Assembly: GCA_009602735.1 (NCBI GenBank)
Contig: WELA01002181.1
Location: 1-58,117 of the forward strand
Source: Mesotaenium endlicherianum
Lineage: Eukaryota
Direction of reading: 5' to 3'
Length of the DNA: 58,117 bases
Shown here: positions 1-11,900 of the stretch, one piece after another
Layout: the number at the start of each line of letters is the position of its first letter
Position numbering within the stretch: the stretch's first letter is position 1
The notes under the pieces: model-generated
What the model was told of the DNA's origin: nothing
Database searches by the model: none
Seen by the model: only the letters and a program-made list of their open reading frames with translations
Program-made: the position numbers and the translations under genes

Positions 1-927
1 AAAGGTCAGCAGGCTGAACTTAATTAACTATTATATTTAAATGAATATTATATTTACTAATATACTGATTCATTACAGAGAGAGAGAGAATCCTGTGTTC
101 GTATCGTTGGTGGGAGCACGGGTAGAGAGTAGAGAGAGCAGAGTATTAGAGCGCAGATAGAGAGAGAGAGAGTTGGTGGGACTCTTCATTTGCGACACCA
201 AATGTGAACAATGGAAGTCAAATTTCATTGTGCATATATGTGTGTTTATTTTATCTTGGTTTTCGTGTGAGTGAATTATAGAATCGTGGTATTGGTGTTG
301 GATCTTGTTTCCATTTTAATTGTATCGTAGAAGGCTATACACAAGAATCCTCTTTTGACACTAAAATGACGTGCTTACTATAGGAATCATATGAAGAATC
401 TGTAGTTTCTTACTGAGCGATGACTATTGTGTTGTTAGAATCTTCATTCTTGAGTTGTACACTTTTGCTTGTGGGATAATGAGTAAGATATTCATCATGT
501 GTGCGGTTTGGGAGACACTTCTTGGTCGACAATGATCGGTCACTAGTCGTTGAGTAGAAAATGGCGCTTTGTTTCTTCATCTCAATTTAATGATTTGCAT
601 GATTGTGTTACCTTTGTGAAGGCCAATATAAAGGGAGGACACGTATAGCTTTCTTTGAGCAACTTTTTGTCATTTTGTTCATTAACCTTCGACTTGCATG
701 TCGTAAATCAGATCTAGTGCCAATGTGCAAGTACGTGTTTATCGATCAATTTACGTGGGAAACTTAATTATTTATTTTGTTATTGTGTACTTTCTATGAG
801 GTATTGAGTCGCACAAATTTGCAAAACAGAGTGAGAACTTAAATGTGTACGAAGTTTAGTAGCTATGTACCCTATTAAAACCACCCAATCCTCCTTCTTG
901 TAGGATTGAATGCCGTTGTTTGCTTCA
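1..927. mobile_element. Possible LTR/transposon remnant (AT-rich, non-coding)
   Basis: AT-rich, no ORF in the track, short (AG)n runs at about 77-171. It ends ...ACCCAATCCTCCTTCTTGTAGG...GCTTCA, which resembles plant LTR 3' ends. No primer-binding site or second copy is visible, so the call is tentative. Confidence 0.25.
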
Positions 928-2150
928 ATGAAGTTACATCTATAGCTGGCTGATAAGCCTGTCTTTTTAATTGCCTCAAAAATTGTCGGCTATCTTGCTT
1001 CGTTCGCACGCTTTATATTTTCAGTCGCACGCGTAGTTGATAGCTTCACACGGAGCGACAACCGGGCTCCTTTCAGTCTCCCGCTTGCATATTACCCCCT
1101 AGTACCACCAGAGCGGTTGGTCGCTCAAGAAGATCCCCGGTACAGTGGCGTGTCGTCGGTCGGGATTCAGTGCGTCTTTCACACACTTTCACATGATTCA
1201 TCTCTCTGACGAGAGCTGACAGCTCCTGACACGATACAACGCATAAATGTGACCCGCTCAGTTTTTCTAAAATGTGAGTTGCTTTCCTTTGGATCAAGTG
1301 CCCCAAAGCGCACATTTTGCAAAAGTGAAATTGGGCACGAGCGCTCAAATCTCGTAGATGTCGTTTTTGGCAACTTTGCCCAAAAACTTGGGCCAAAGTT
1401 GGGAGCACAGGTTGGGTAGATTTTGCAATTCACAAAGCTGAAAGTGGTGAATTTGTAATTTGCCCAACAAATTCGAAGGGTCACGACTGGTCACGACTCG
1501 CGAGTCAAGACTCCACATGCGCCTACAAAATGGTGGGACGTAGATTGTCACCACCGTTGGGTGCCATGGCTCTGCCAGGTGTCCCTCGTGGCCAGCCAAG
1601 GAGCTCTGCTTCTTAATCTGTTTTTTGAAAGTCATTGGAAGTGAATTGGAAACCATTGGACTATTCAAGTCGGAAAGCCAAAGCATCATGCATAGAATGT
1701 CCCGAGTTTGCATTTGCTGCCCACGAGTTTGTAGTTTCTCCAATCAAGGCATGGACTCCGAGGCATGCTCCGAGGTGCCTGAAGGGCTGTTCGTCTTCGA
1801 CCAGAGCCACCCCCGAATGAAGATGCATTTTAGGAGAATCTTTATTTAGTAGGTGCGCTTGCTCGCCGGGGCCACTTTGTACAATTTCTGTCGATGTTTC
1901 AAGATTAACGCGATCGGACGCTCCATAGGTTCGAGCCACAACATTGGATCTCTGAATCTTTTTGAAGATGCCATCTTACTCGACCTTGCTAGTTTTCCTG
2001 GTAATTTTCTAGGCATTATCTGGGATAGGCCAAAATGGATGAACATATTTGAGAAACCGACAGCATCTACCAAGCCCCAATGAAGCCGGGAATACTCTCG
2101 CGGACGCATTTGGACAAAGGCTCAGCACAGTCTGGGCGCGGTAAAACTAG

Positions 2151-2160
2151 TATAAGTATA
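2151..2160 (+). promoter_or_regulatory. Candidate TATA box of PhoX-like gene 1
   Basis: TATAAGTATA about 80 nt upstream of the ATG at 2234; an equivalent element precedes the paralog. Confidence 0.45.
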
Positions 2161-2233
2161 CAAGGGACTTTCCAATCTTCAGCCTCAGTTGTACCGAAGC
2201 CGCTTACAACTCACCTTCACCAGTTTCTCCATC

Positions 2234-5200
2234 ATGGCTGCTCTTCAGCTCGGGGTCTACCTTATTCTGGCCCTCGTTGCAGGAGTCTCGTGTCGTGAGG
2301 ACAGATCCCTTAGAGTCAGTACAAAGTCAATCTCTTTCAAGGGCATACCTGTTCCTGAGGGCGACAATATCAAGAAGTATACATCATTCGACACTGTCAC
2401 CATCAATGGAAAGACTATTAAGGTATACATGGCTTACCTTCACAATGTCAGTCCAATTGTCCATCTTGCCAGCAGAGCCTCTTGGCATGATGCGGACATG
2501 TCACACGGGACCGCCCATGCATCCACTACGTCGGGACGCCTTTTCTATACACTTGGACTCTGAAGACAGCTGCTTGCAGCTGCCTTTCTCATGGGTTCTC
2601 ATCTCGTGATCTGATCAGCATATCACGTGTCTTTGCATGTAAAATATAATGAGCTAGGGCTTTTTGAAACCAGGCCATAAAAATGTAACGTTTTTAACAG
2701 TTGAAGGAACCTGTGACGCGTATTTTGCAAGGTGGAGAATACCAGTCTCGGTGTTGTTGTGATGTTCACTTGCTCGAGCTGCAGACCAGTCAGCGCTGAA
2801 AGTATCATGAAGTTCAAGTGTCACCCGATTGCCCCGTCTCGTCATTTGAGCATGACGTTGAGTTGCTGAGTAGAATTTGTGCATTACATGTGGTGCAGAC
2901 TCAGTACTATCCCATTTTACAGACGGGAAATGACTATCCTGCATTTGAGGCGGGAAAGACATGGAGGGCAGGGACAATTTTGGATATCTATGGAGTGCCA
3001 TTGACTGCTAACGATTCAGCTGATGCTGCCCCTGATAACGCCAAGGACTACGACAGGTCCAGCTTGTTTGTAAAGTTTGGGTCCGTCTGGGCGTTCACAC
3101 AGAACGAGAAGTAAGTTCAATACGCTTCGAGGTGTTTTTGTCAGCTTGTTCAGCTTGCATGAAAGTTGTTGATACCATGTTCTCGATGCATGCCTTCATG
3201 TTTCTATGCTCTTCTTGTTAAAGGTTAACTTATAACCAATACGTGTACTTCAGGTGGGGGTAAGGGAACTGTCAAATTAATGGACGGGTGTCCTTATATG
3301 TTCTTAATGTCTTCCTCGTGGAAGGTCGTAGGGAAGTGGATGTCATGTTTGGCCGCTTTATGTATTCTCTGGCCTGGTCCTGGCAGTGCCTTCGGCAATT
3401 TATACCTGTTGAAGCTGGCCCAGAACGCGAAGACAGGGAAGCTCTCCATTGCCAACGCAAAGACAGTGAACTTGGGGGCAGCCAACGGGCTCGAGTAAGT
3501 CACACTCGTTGGGCATACACTCTATCTCTTTGCTACTGCTTCTTCAGCTGTTTCTCCCCCTCTTCTGGGTCTATTCGACACTGCTACTCCTTCGCCTTAC
3601 TTTTTCTGGAGTCATCAAAGAGCTTTTGCCCATTAATGATGCTGTCTGTGTATGTACCCCTTCTACGAAGCTTAGGGAAGGCGCCAACTACGCTTTAGAT
3701 TTGCATGCACACAATAGCCCAATCTTTCCATTGATTGCAACACGTGTCTTGCAGCCGCCCCTGCTCTGGGAGCTTCACATCATGGGGCACGCACCTCGCC
3801 TCCGAGGAAGACGCTCCCAATGCCCGCGACTGGGGTTCAAGCGCCACCCCTGTCCTTCCCCAGCAGCAGCTCGTCCACCGCCTGGCCTCGTGGAAGGACC
3901 TCAACCCCTACTGGTGGGTCATTCCACGTGCAGTTGATTATTTGAACGTCCTTGCCGCTTGGTTGGAGCTTGTGGCCCTTGCTGCGTACTGGCTATGTGA
4001 CCTCGTGTCGAATGATGCGTACGTGATTCTGGCTGGCTGGCTGCCCTCGATCTGCCCAACTGATGGCAAACTGTGTTTTATATCAGGTATGGGTGGATCC
4101 TTGAGGCCAAGCTCCTGAACAACAAGGGTGACGTGAAGGTGGGCAAGCGGTACTCTCTGGGTCGCCAGAGCTGGGAGGTTGGTCTCACGCTTCCCGACAA
4201 CAAGGTGGTCTTGGGAACCGATGACCAGAGCTCCGGTGGAATGCTGACCATGTTCGTGGCCACCAAACCCGGTGACCTCACCCAGGTATGCAAAAGCCGC
4301 TTCGGGTTGCTCTTGGTGGGCCATGGTGCTCTGAAACCAAGTTGAAATGTGAGGACACATGTGGGTAGCTAGTTTGGCATCGCTGAGCTGGTCCTTGGAC
4401 AAAGATGTGTGTATGATCTGGAAAAACTGAACAATTGTCGCGTCGTGAGCATGGGGGCCTGTCCTGCTGAATCTTACAGGGAAGGTTGTACGGCGCCAAG
4501 CTGACACAGCTCAGCGCAGAGAAGGGTGGCAAGTTCAGCATTGAGTGGATTGAGCTTAACGCCAACCAGGTGGTTCACGAGAAGCTTATCAAGGATGCCA
4601 TCGACTGTAAGTCTCTAGTGCCTCTGCTTAACCTTTGATGACAGCTGGCACATGCGAGGCACATATCTAGCTGGAATGCCCGCACATCCCAGATTACAAT
4701 CTCCGAGATCTTCATCACCAAAGCATGTGTCTTCCTTGTGTTGGCAGATAAAACTTACAACGAGTCGAAAGTGAAGTTCGCCGACATGTTCGACGTTGAG
4801 TAAGTCCAAGCTGGCAAAGCCCTCCACTCTAGCTGGCCCAGATCTTTTGTCGTGGGCTATGCACCCAAGTATTTAATTTGTCATTCCCAAGGATTACCCT
4901 CACATTCTTGTGAACTTTCTGACCTGTTCCATGTGTGCACACTTTCCAGGCCTGTGAAGATGGACGCCAATGGAAAGCCATTGGAGCCATCCAAGGGCTT
5001 CAGACTGGTCCGCACACTCGGCACCAGGCTGGAGGCACTCAGGGTATGCTCCTATTGACTATATTCAATATATTCATTGTGCACGGCCCCACTTGACATG
5101 AATTGCTACCTGGATACAGATGCATTGCGATTTTGAAGCTCTCCATAAGGTAGGGTCCGGGGGCTGATGGTGTTGTAACTGACTAAGGTTTTACTTGTTA

Positions 5201-6315
5201 ATTATCGACAGCTGAGGCCTGGTATGCGAGCATACGCGTCGCGTCTGGAGACTCAGCGCATGGTGGGCTACGTTGGCGCTACCCTTGAGCTGACTAAGGT
5301 GGAGGGGCTGACGTACGACACCAACCGCAACCTGGTCTACATGGCTAGCACGTCTGTCCGCAGGGCTATGACAGCAGGCTCCTCCAACGATGTGGGTGGC
5401 CCCGACCAAGTCCGCCTGCCCCGCAACGAGCCAGGAACTGTGTACAAGTGAGCAACCTTGCCCCTGTTTCTGCACGCTTTTCTCGCATTTCCTGTTGACC
5501 TTATTCGTTCGACTACTTAAGCTTGTTAGGCGGAGTTGCAAAAGGCCTGGTTTGTCATGTTACTGCATACACCCCGTCCATGTCTTTCATTCATAGTTCT
5601 GTGCCTGACATACATTATCTTTGTGCCAGGCTGAAGCTAGGATACAATGCTAAAGTGAGAAGTTTCTTTGTACCGCACACCATGGAGGCTGAGGTTGAGG
5701 CTTTCGGGTTCAACGAGACCGCTGGGGATGTGAACAACACCCCCCAAGACTCCATCGCGTCGCCCGACAACGTGTCGTACATGAACAAGTACCAGACGCT
5801 GCTCATCAGCGAGGACTGCGACACCCAGCACCTCAACAACTATTTGTGGGCCCACGACACAGTGTAAGCAGTTAGCCTGGACATCATTTTTTAACGCAAC
5901 AGTTTCCACCTTTCGCTTGTGTTTGAGGCGTTGAATCTACAAAAATCGAAGGTTGATTTCTCTTTTAAATGAGGCTTGAAATTACAGATATATGTTCCCA
6001 CTTCATATCAGGCAAGAGGTTTAGGGGTTGAAGAGCTGATTAGTCTTTTTAATATAATCTTCATTGGCATGCTTCCGTACCAAGATAGAGCAATGTGGCA
6101 ATATAGGTGGCTCTGTCATCCTGATTATAGCCCTTTTGTTACGCTTTTCTTGCAGGTCCAAGAAGTTGACCCGCCTATTTGCCTCCCCAGAGGAGGCTGA
6201 GGTGACCAGCGGGTACTACTTCCCTAATGTCGGAAGATTTTCGTACCTTACGGCGACTGTGCAGCATGCACCTACATATTCTATTTTTGGAGCCTGGACC
6301 TTCCCAAGAGAGTAA
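2234..6315 (+). CDS. PHOX: Secreted PhoX-family (DUF839) alkaline phosphatase, copy 1; 11 exons, 589 aa
   Basis: Exons 2234-2422, 2899-3110, 3387-3494, 3755-3913, 4087-4285, 4480-4606, 4748-4799, 4950-5043, 5212-5447, 5630-5863, 6156-6315 (1770 nt, all GT-AG, frame intact). N-terminal signal peptide MAALQLGVYLILALVAGVSC. PhoX motifs QNE, PCSGSFTSWGTHLASEE, YGW, LGRQSWE, GTDD, LETQR...TKVEG, SPDN, ISED, AEVTS and VQH occur in the expected order. Confidence 0.9.
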
Positions 6316-7913
6316 ATCTTTTGAATTGTGACAAAGGGACGTCCTTCAATATCCTGGTAGTTTACTGATTGTGGCTTTTAGATATACCTGATTTGTCCAA
6401 CAATGAGGCTTCTTACTTATTTGTAGGCAATAATCAGCCCTCAGTAACGAGATGTAGTGGTGCTGATGTTTGCTGTCTGGCAACTATGTTGAGTAATTTT
6501 ATCTTCCTTTGTGAACGGAGCAATTTGTTTTGTACGACTTTGAAGTAAATACTGGTTCGACAAGGCACCCTACAAATATGTATGTGGTGTGGCAGAGTGC
6601 GGGTTTGAGCGGCTCAGCCATATGAGATGTGCGATGCTGATACAAAAATCTCAATTCAAAGTTGAGACTAAAAGCTCAATTTTGGGTTGCAAGGCTCCAG
6701 CTCTGCAGCAATGGCAAACATCCATGAAATAAGGATGGTCCCCCCTAAGCCCTATTCAAGCTCATTTGTATCCAGCTGCCTGAAATGTGAGAATTGAACG
6801 CGGCATGGTTGGTGGGAAAGAAACCCACTTCTACTCAAACCCGAAACACCAGATGGCTGCTTTTAGCTCCACTTATTTGTAGTGCAAGGTTTGTGCAGCC
6901 AATGTCAGGCTTTTATTATATTTGCGTTTCTTGGTATACCATATATTTGAAAGTGAGGGTCATGGGGGGCGCCTTGCTGATAGAAGCAATTTCCCTTCCT
7001 CTTTCATATCCCCCCCTCCCCCGCTGGAGCTTCGGTCATTTCCCCCAACCTCTTGTTTTCAGTCGATCATTCCTCAATGGTATGATATACTTTGGAGCAA
7101 TCACATCCATTACGCGCGAAACTCCACTACTCAGCGCCCAAATTACATCCCTGTCTCTAAATTAGGCAGCAACTAGGACTTATATGCCTCCATGCAACAA
7201 TCTATTAGTAGCACTATCTCTCACTGCCTGACGTAGGAATGGACGGAGGAACGTTCCTCAGGCCGTGGTGAAGAAATGTGAGACAGAGCCACATGATTAT
7301 TTGCATGTGTTATACATGTGAGACACCGTCTCCATAATAGCGCAGAAGCAGCACCTCGACTTGATCTGGACTATTAACTTATAAAGATCAATAAATACTC
7401 ATATAGAGACGCATAATGCCCTGACAAGCCAGGCGCTTGTGACTTTGTGTGACGCAGTATGATGTCATAGCAAGCAGTATGAGAGGCACCTTTCTCGTGT
7501 GTTACGGCGTAAAGGATTGTAAGCCTTCACGGTATATTCCTCCTCCCGCACTGTAATGACGGTCGGGCATAACTGGGCAGAACACATAATCCTACTCCCA
7601 TACACACAAATAATCGCAAGGACTAGCGGAGGCCAACGAAGGCTAGCCCGGTGAGCAACGGTGTAAGGCCGGTCGCAGAGGCAAGCGAAGGTCTTCCAAT
7701 AAAAGACGACCCCAAACCAAAATATTATGTGGAACCGATTCACGCACGGGCTGCCCACAAAGACTGTATATTGTATCATAATAACCTACTGTATCCTGTG
7801 GTATCATGCGCAAGCATGTGCCATTTGTGCTCACTTGTGCCCTCTGTGGTAATTGTTTGGCACCGACTTCGAAAGACGGACTTGCCGAAGGTAGCGTGGC
7901 AGTTGCTAGGGGA

Positions 7914-7958
7914 GGCCAACCTGGGCCACATTCGGCCAAATTGGGCCAAACCAGGCCA
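7914..7958. repeat. Degenerate 10-bp-period tandem array (GGCCA core x5)
   Basis: GGCCA starts at 7914, 7924, 7934, 7944 and 7954. Confidence 0.75.
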
Positions 7959-8170
7959 AAGCTCACGTTTTTACGCGTTGCCTGTTCGTTGCCATGGTTG
8001 TCCGTACCCATACGCATTGTCTAGTGTACTGCCGACAGTAACCCCCGGTCACCCACAGCACCCTTGAAGCTTTTCATGCCGGCTCAAACGTTCTTGTGAC
8101 TTTTCTTGGGAACCATATATTGCATACTATTTATCATTTTCTTTTTGTATACCGACAATATGAAATATTT

Positions 8171-8320
8171 AGGGGCATTTCAACACTAGCTAGAAGGTCC
8201 CACTGGCTTTGATCGTTGTACATCTGCACAAACACAAAACCTTCTGTTATTATGAATAACAGGGAATGGAACAACTCGAAAGTACATACATACACATTAT
8301 GTACGTTTTGAATTGCCCCT
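8171..8320. mobile_element. Candidate 150-bp MITE
   Basis: Left end AGGGGCATTTCAACAC and the reverse complement of the right end AGGGGCAATTCAAAAC match at 14/16. AT-rich non-coding interior. No clear target-site duplication. Confidence 0.4.
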
Positions 8321-8869
8321 CTCACGCCGATGGTTTATGTTAAGTAAAAGTTGGGCAGAGGAACCCCTTCAAATGCCTTAAATGCCTTAAATGCCCATAT
8401 CGGAAGCAAGCCTCGTCGAGGCATAATTGGCCACGACAGCACTACTCACGTAATATTACCAATTCGGAAAGCCACGGCCCACTCAAACTAAAAACACCAG
8501 TTATCACCGTGAAGGAAAACCGGTAGATGGAACACTCTTCACCAGTCTTCACCCGACTGGAGCTATGGAAGTGCTTTTTTTTTGTGAGGGGTGCTTGGCT
8601 CGGGGGGGGGTCTCTCTGTCAGTGACTTCTGTATTGTTCTGTACACTACTGCTTCTCGATCAGACCGCGGTTGCATGAGGAAGCTACAAAATTTGCTGAG
8701 AGCAGCAACTTGAGAATCTTGGAGAAGATGCCATTATATTCTTGGTGTCCCGTTTCTTACACGCTGGCCTTTCCAGGAGAAGGTTCTCATGGGCAGCGTT
8801 GGCGCGAACAGCAGCGCAGGCCCGACAAAGCGCCAGGACTCCTTGGCGCGGTTAGCCATGAAGGACTTG

Positions 8870-8877
8870 TATATATA
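8870..8877 (+). promoter_or_regulatory. Candidate TATA box of PhoX-like gene 2
   Basis: TATATATA about 70 nt upstream of the ATG at 8943. Confidence 0.5.
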
Positions 8878-8942
8878 GCGAGCAGCTGCACAGAGGTGTT
8901 CGTCCCTTCTCTCTTCCTCGAAGTTCACTAAATCACAGCACC

Positions 8943-11900
8943 ATGGCTGCCCTCCGCCTTGGAGTTTTTCTTCTTCTGGCCCTCTCAGTGGGTGTCTCCT
9001 GCCGTGAGGACAGGTCTCTCAAGACCTCATTCAAGTCCATTTCATTCAAGGGAATCCCAGTCCCTGAGGGTGATGCTCAGAAGACGTACAATGCCTTCGA
9101 CACAGTGACCATCTCCGGAAAGACCATCAAGGTATACAACTGACGCAGCTCACAGAAGCTCCACAGTCACCTAGATACGCTGTCTCCAGCCGCGGTGCTT
9201 CTATTTGCCCCAAAAACAATATGAATGCCTTATCTTAGGCTGTGAAATTTGACTGATCAACGCGGCCTCAGCTTGGCCTCAGCTTCTTTAAGCTTAGCAT
9301 TCTCCAATCAGATTGGCCCAGACCCTGAAAAACACCTGTAAGCTCATCCAGCTGCCTCATGAAGTATACCTGTAACTGAGCTGAGGCCTATGTCTTAGTT
9401 TCTGGTAACAACTAGCATGTTTCCTCCGCTCATACAACTGGGTATTGGAGGAACCTGTCCCAGCTGTATCTGCATGGCCTCCTGCGCTTCATCACCCAAT
9501 TATGACGTGCCGAGCACGTGCTACAGCGTACGTAGTAAACGAGAGCGTCCAGCTGTAGCAGGGACTGCTCTTCACGCCTCTGCGAGCAAGCAGCTGACCA
9601 GTTGGGCAGCGACTCGCATAAGTGTTGGAGCAGGAGCTTGAGCTGGCTGCGCTGCCCTTGACTAGTGCAGGAAGAGTCACCCACGGTGTAGAGGCTTAGA
9701 GCTCTGCACGCTCTAGGTGGTGCCTTCCGCACGCACTTTTGGTCCCTCTTCTCTGGAGCGCCTGCTGCCTGTTCCAGACACCCTGCTCTTCAAGATGAAT
9801 GAACCACCTCTCACGCGAGCTCAATCCCAGGTGTACGAATCCTTGCGGAGTTGCTGGCGCAGTTTTCATTCTGACTGATAGGTGTATGATTGGAGGGTGA
9901 CTCTGAGCAGACCAAGTACTACGCCATTCTGAAGACGGGCACCACCTACCCCGCCTTCGAGGCCGGTAAGACGTGGAGGGCGGGCACAGTGCTCGACGTG
10001 CACGGAGTGCCCCTCACGGCCGCTGACTCGTCCGACTCGAACCCCGACAATGCCAAGGACTACGACAGGTCCAGCCTGTTCGAGAAGTTTGGCTCCATCT
10101 GGTCCTTCACCCACAATGAGAAGTGAGCCCCCCCCCCCCCATCCTCCCCAAGCTGCTGCGCGTGCGCACGTTGGTGCGTGTTGGTGCAGTGCTGTCAACC
10201 AGCTCAATACCATTCACATGCTTAAGGTTTTTTGCAAACTGTGTTTGTCTCTGCACGTGTATGAGCATGCAGTAGCAGTATATGAGAACCATGTGCTGAT
10301 CTGTAGGCATCTTGCCTCTTTTGTCACTCTGCTCATGTGGCATTGTGAAATGTGGTTCTGTGCTGACGTCTGGAGGTGCTTGCGTTTCTTTGACTGGGGT
10401 GTGGTGGCACCAGCGCTCTTGGAAACCTGATGCTGCTGAAGCTCCACCAGGATCCCAAGACCGGCAAGCTCTCTGTTGCCAACGGCAAGTCTGTCGCCCT
10501 TGGGCCTGTCAATGGCCTCGAGTAAGCACACGCACTTGCCCCCCCCCCCACTCTCTCTCTCTCTCTAGCACACATGCATCCACTCCTATGTGGTGTACTC
10601 CTGCCTGTGTCATCGGAGGAGGTATTTTCATTTGTCGAAATGGATCAGCCTGCTGTTTGCTGCATTGTGCCCAGTCCGTCTTGATTTCCAGCCACATCTG
10701 ATTATTTGAAAAGGCACCAGATTAAAGGATCAGCTCAAAATTGCTCGCTTCCTGGGCACTCCTCAGCTCACGATGCCACTGATCGTCGTAGCAGACCTTC
10801 CAGTCATTCGGGGCCCTTCTCATGGGTGGCATAATCTTCTCACCTCTCTCTGCTTACAATCTTGAGCCTACTCACCTTGCTCCCTATGGTGCATTCATGA
10901 TGCAGTCGCCCTTGCTCCGGGAGCCTGACCCCGTGGACCACCCACTTGGCGTCCGAGGAGGACAACCCCAATGCCAACGGCTGGGGCTCCGGCTCCGCTG
11001 TCCTTCCCCAGCAGGTCCTCTTCCACCGCCTGTCCTCGTGGAAGGATCTCAACCCCTACTGGTATGAGAACAATCCCCCCCTCCTCCCTCCCCCCCCTCC
11101 TTTCTATGACCTGTCAAGTCGACTATGAATGACCCGCCTGTGCACTCTGCAGGAGCGGCTGTAGTCACCCCTATTATTCGTGAAGTGAATTATGCTATGA
11201 TGTGGGGGCCTTCTCTCAAGCTTGAGTGCATCAGTGATCGTCCAAGGGCATTGCCCACCTGCTCACCTCTGCCCCTTCTTGCTTTGCCACGGCGTGCGCG
11301 TGCGCAGGTACGGGTGGGTCACTGAGGCCAAGCTGCTGAGCAAGAAGGGCGATGTGAAGGTGGCCAAGCGATACGCCATGGGCCGCCAGAACTGGGAGCT
11401 CTCGCTGGTGCTGCCCGACAAGCGCACCGCTGTGGGCACCGACGACCAGAGCTCCGGCGGCATGTTCACCATGTTTGTGGCCTCCAGGGCTGGCGACCTC
11501 ACCAAGGTGCGAGTGTAGTTGCACTCTCTCTCTCTCTCCCTCTTTTCTCTCACTACCTCTCTCCAAACTTCTCTACCCCCTCTCTCTCTCCTTCTCCCTC
11601 CCTCTCTGTTTGTTCTTTACTGTCCTATTCCTGATCAACGTCCACGCCTTGCTTCTTGTGGTACCCGGTAGTAGCCTCTCTTCATGCTCTGCTGCAGTTT
11701 CCACCTTCTGGCACCTTCATTTGTTGTGAAGGCTTTCCTGCAGTCTTGTCTCCTTCCCCAGAATCTGTGCAGGAGCAAGCGTCACGTGTACGTGGAGCTC
11801 AAGAATGTGTGGTGCACGTGTGCCCATTGCTCTCTGTTGTACTCTGCAGGGAAAGCTGTATGGTGCCAAGCTAACGCAGACGAGCGCGGAGAAGGGTGGA

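Noticed and set aside
1485..1497. 13-mer GACTGGTCACGAC with a reverse-complement match at 41988-42000
   Set aside because: Matches of this length are expected by chance within 58 kb.
6600..6843. 10-bp inverted repeat CGGGTTTGAG / CTCAAACCCG downstream of PhoX copy 1
   Set aside because: It does not extend and has no target-site duplication; too short to call a transposon.
7532..7539. P1BS-like motif GTATATTC (GNATATNC) 1.4 kb upstream of PhoX copy 2
   Set aside because: A single copy of a motif with only 6 fixed bases is expected by chance every few kb, and I found none upstream of copy 1.
7651..8067. 138-aa ORF between the PhoX copies
   Set aside because: Non-ATG start, no recognisable domain, and it overlaps a simple 10-bp array.
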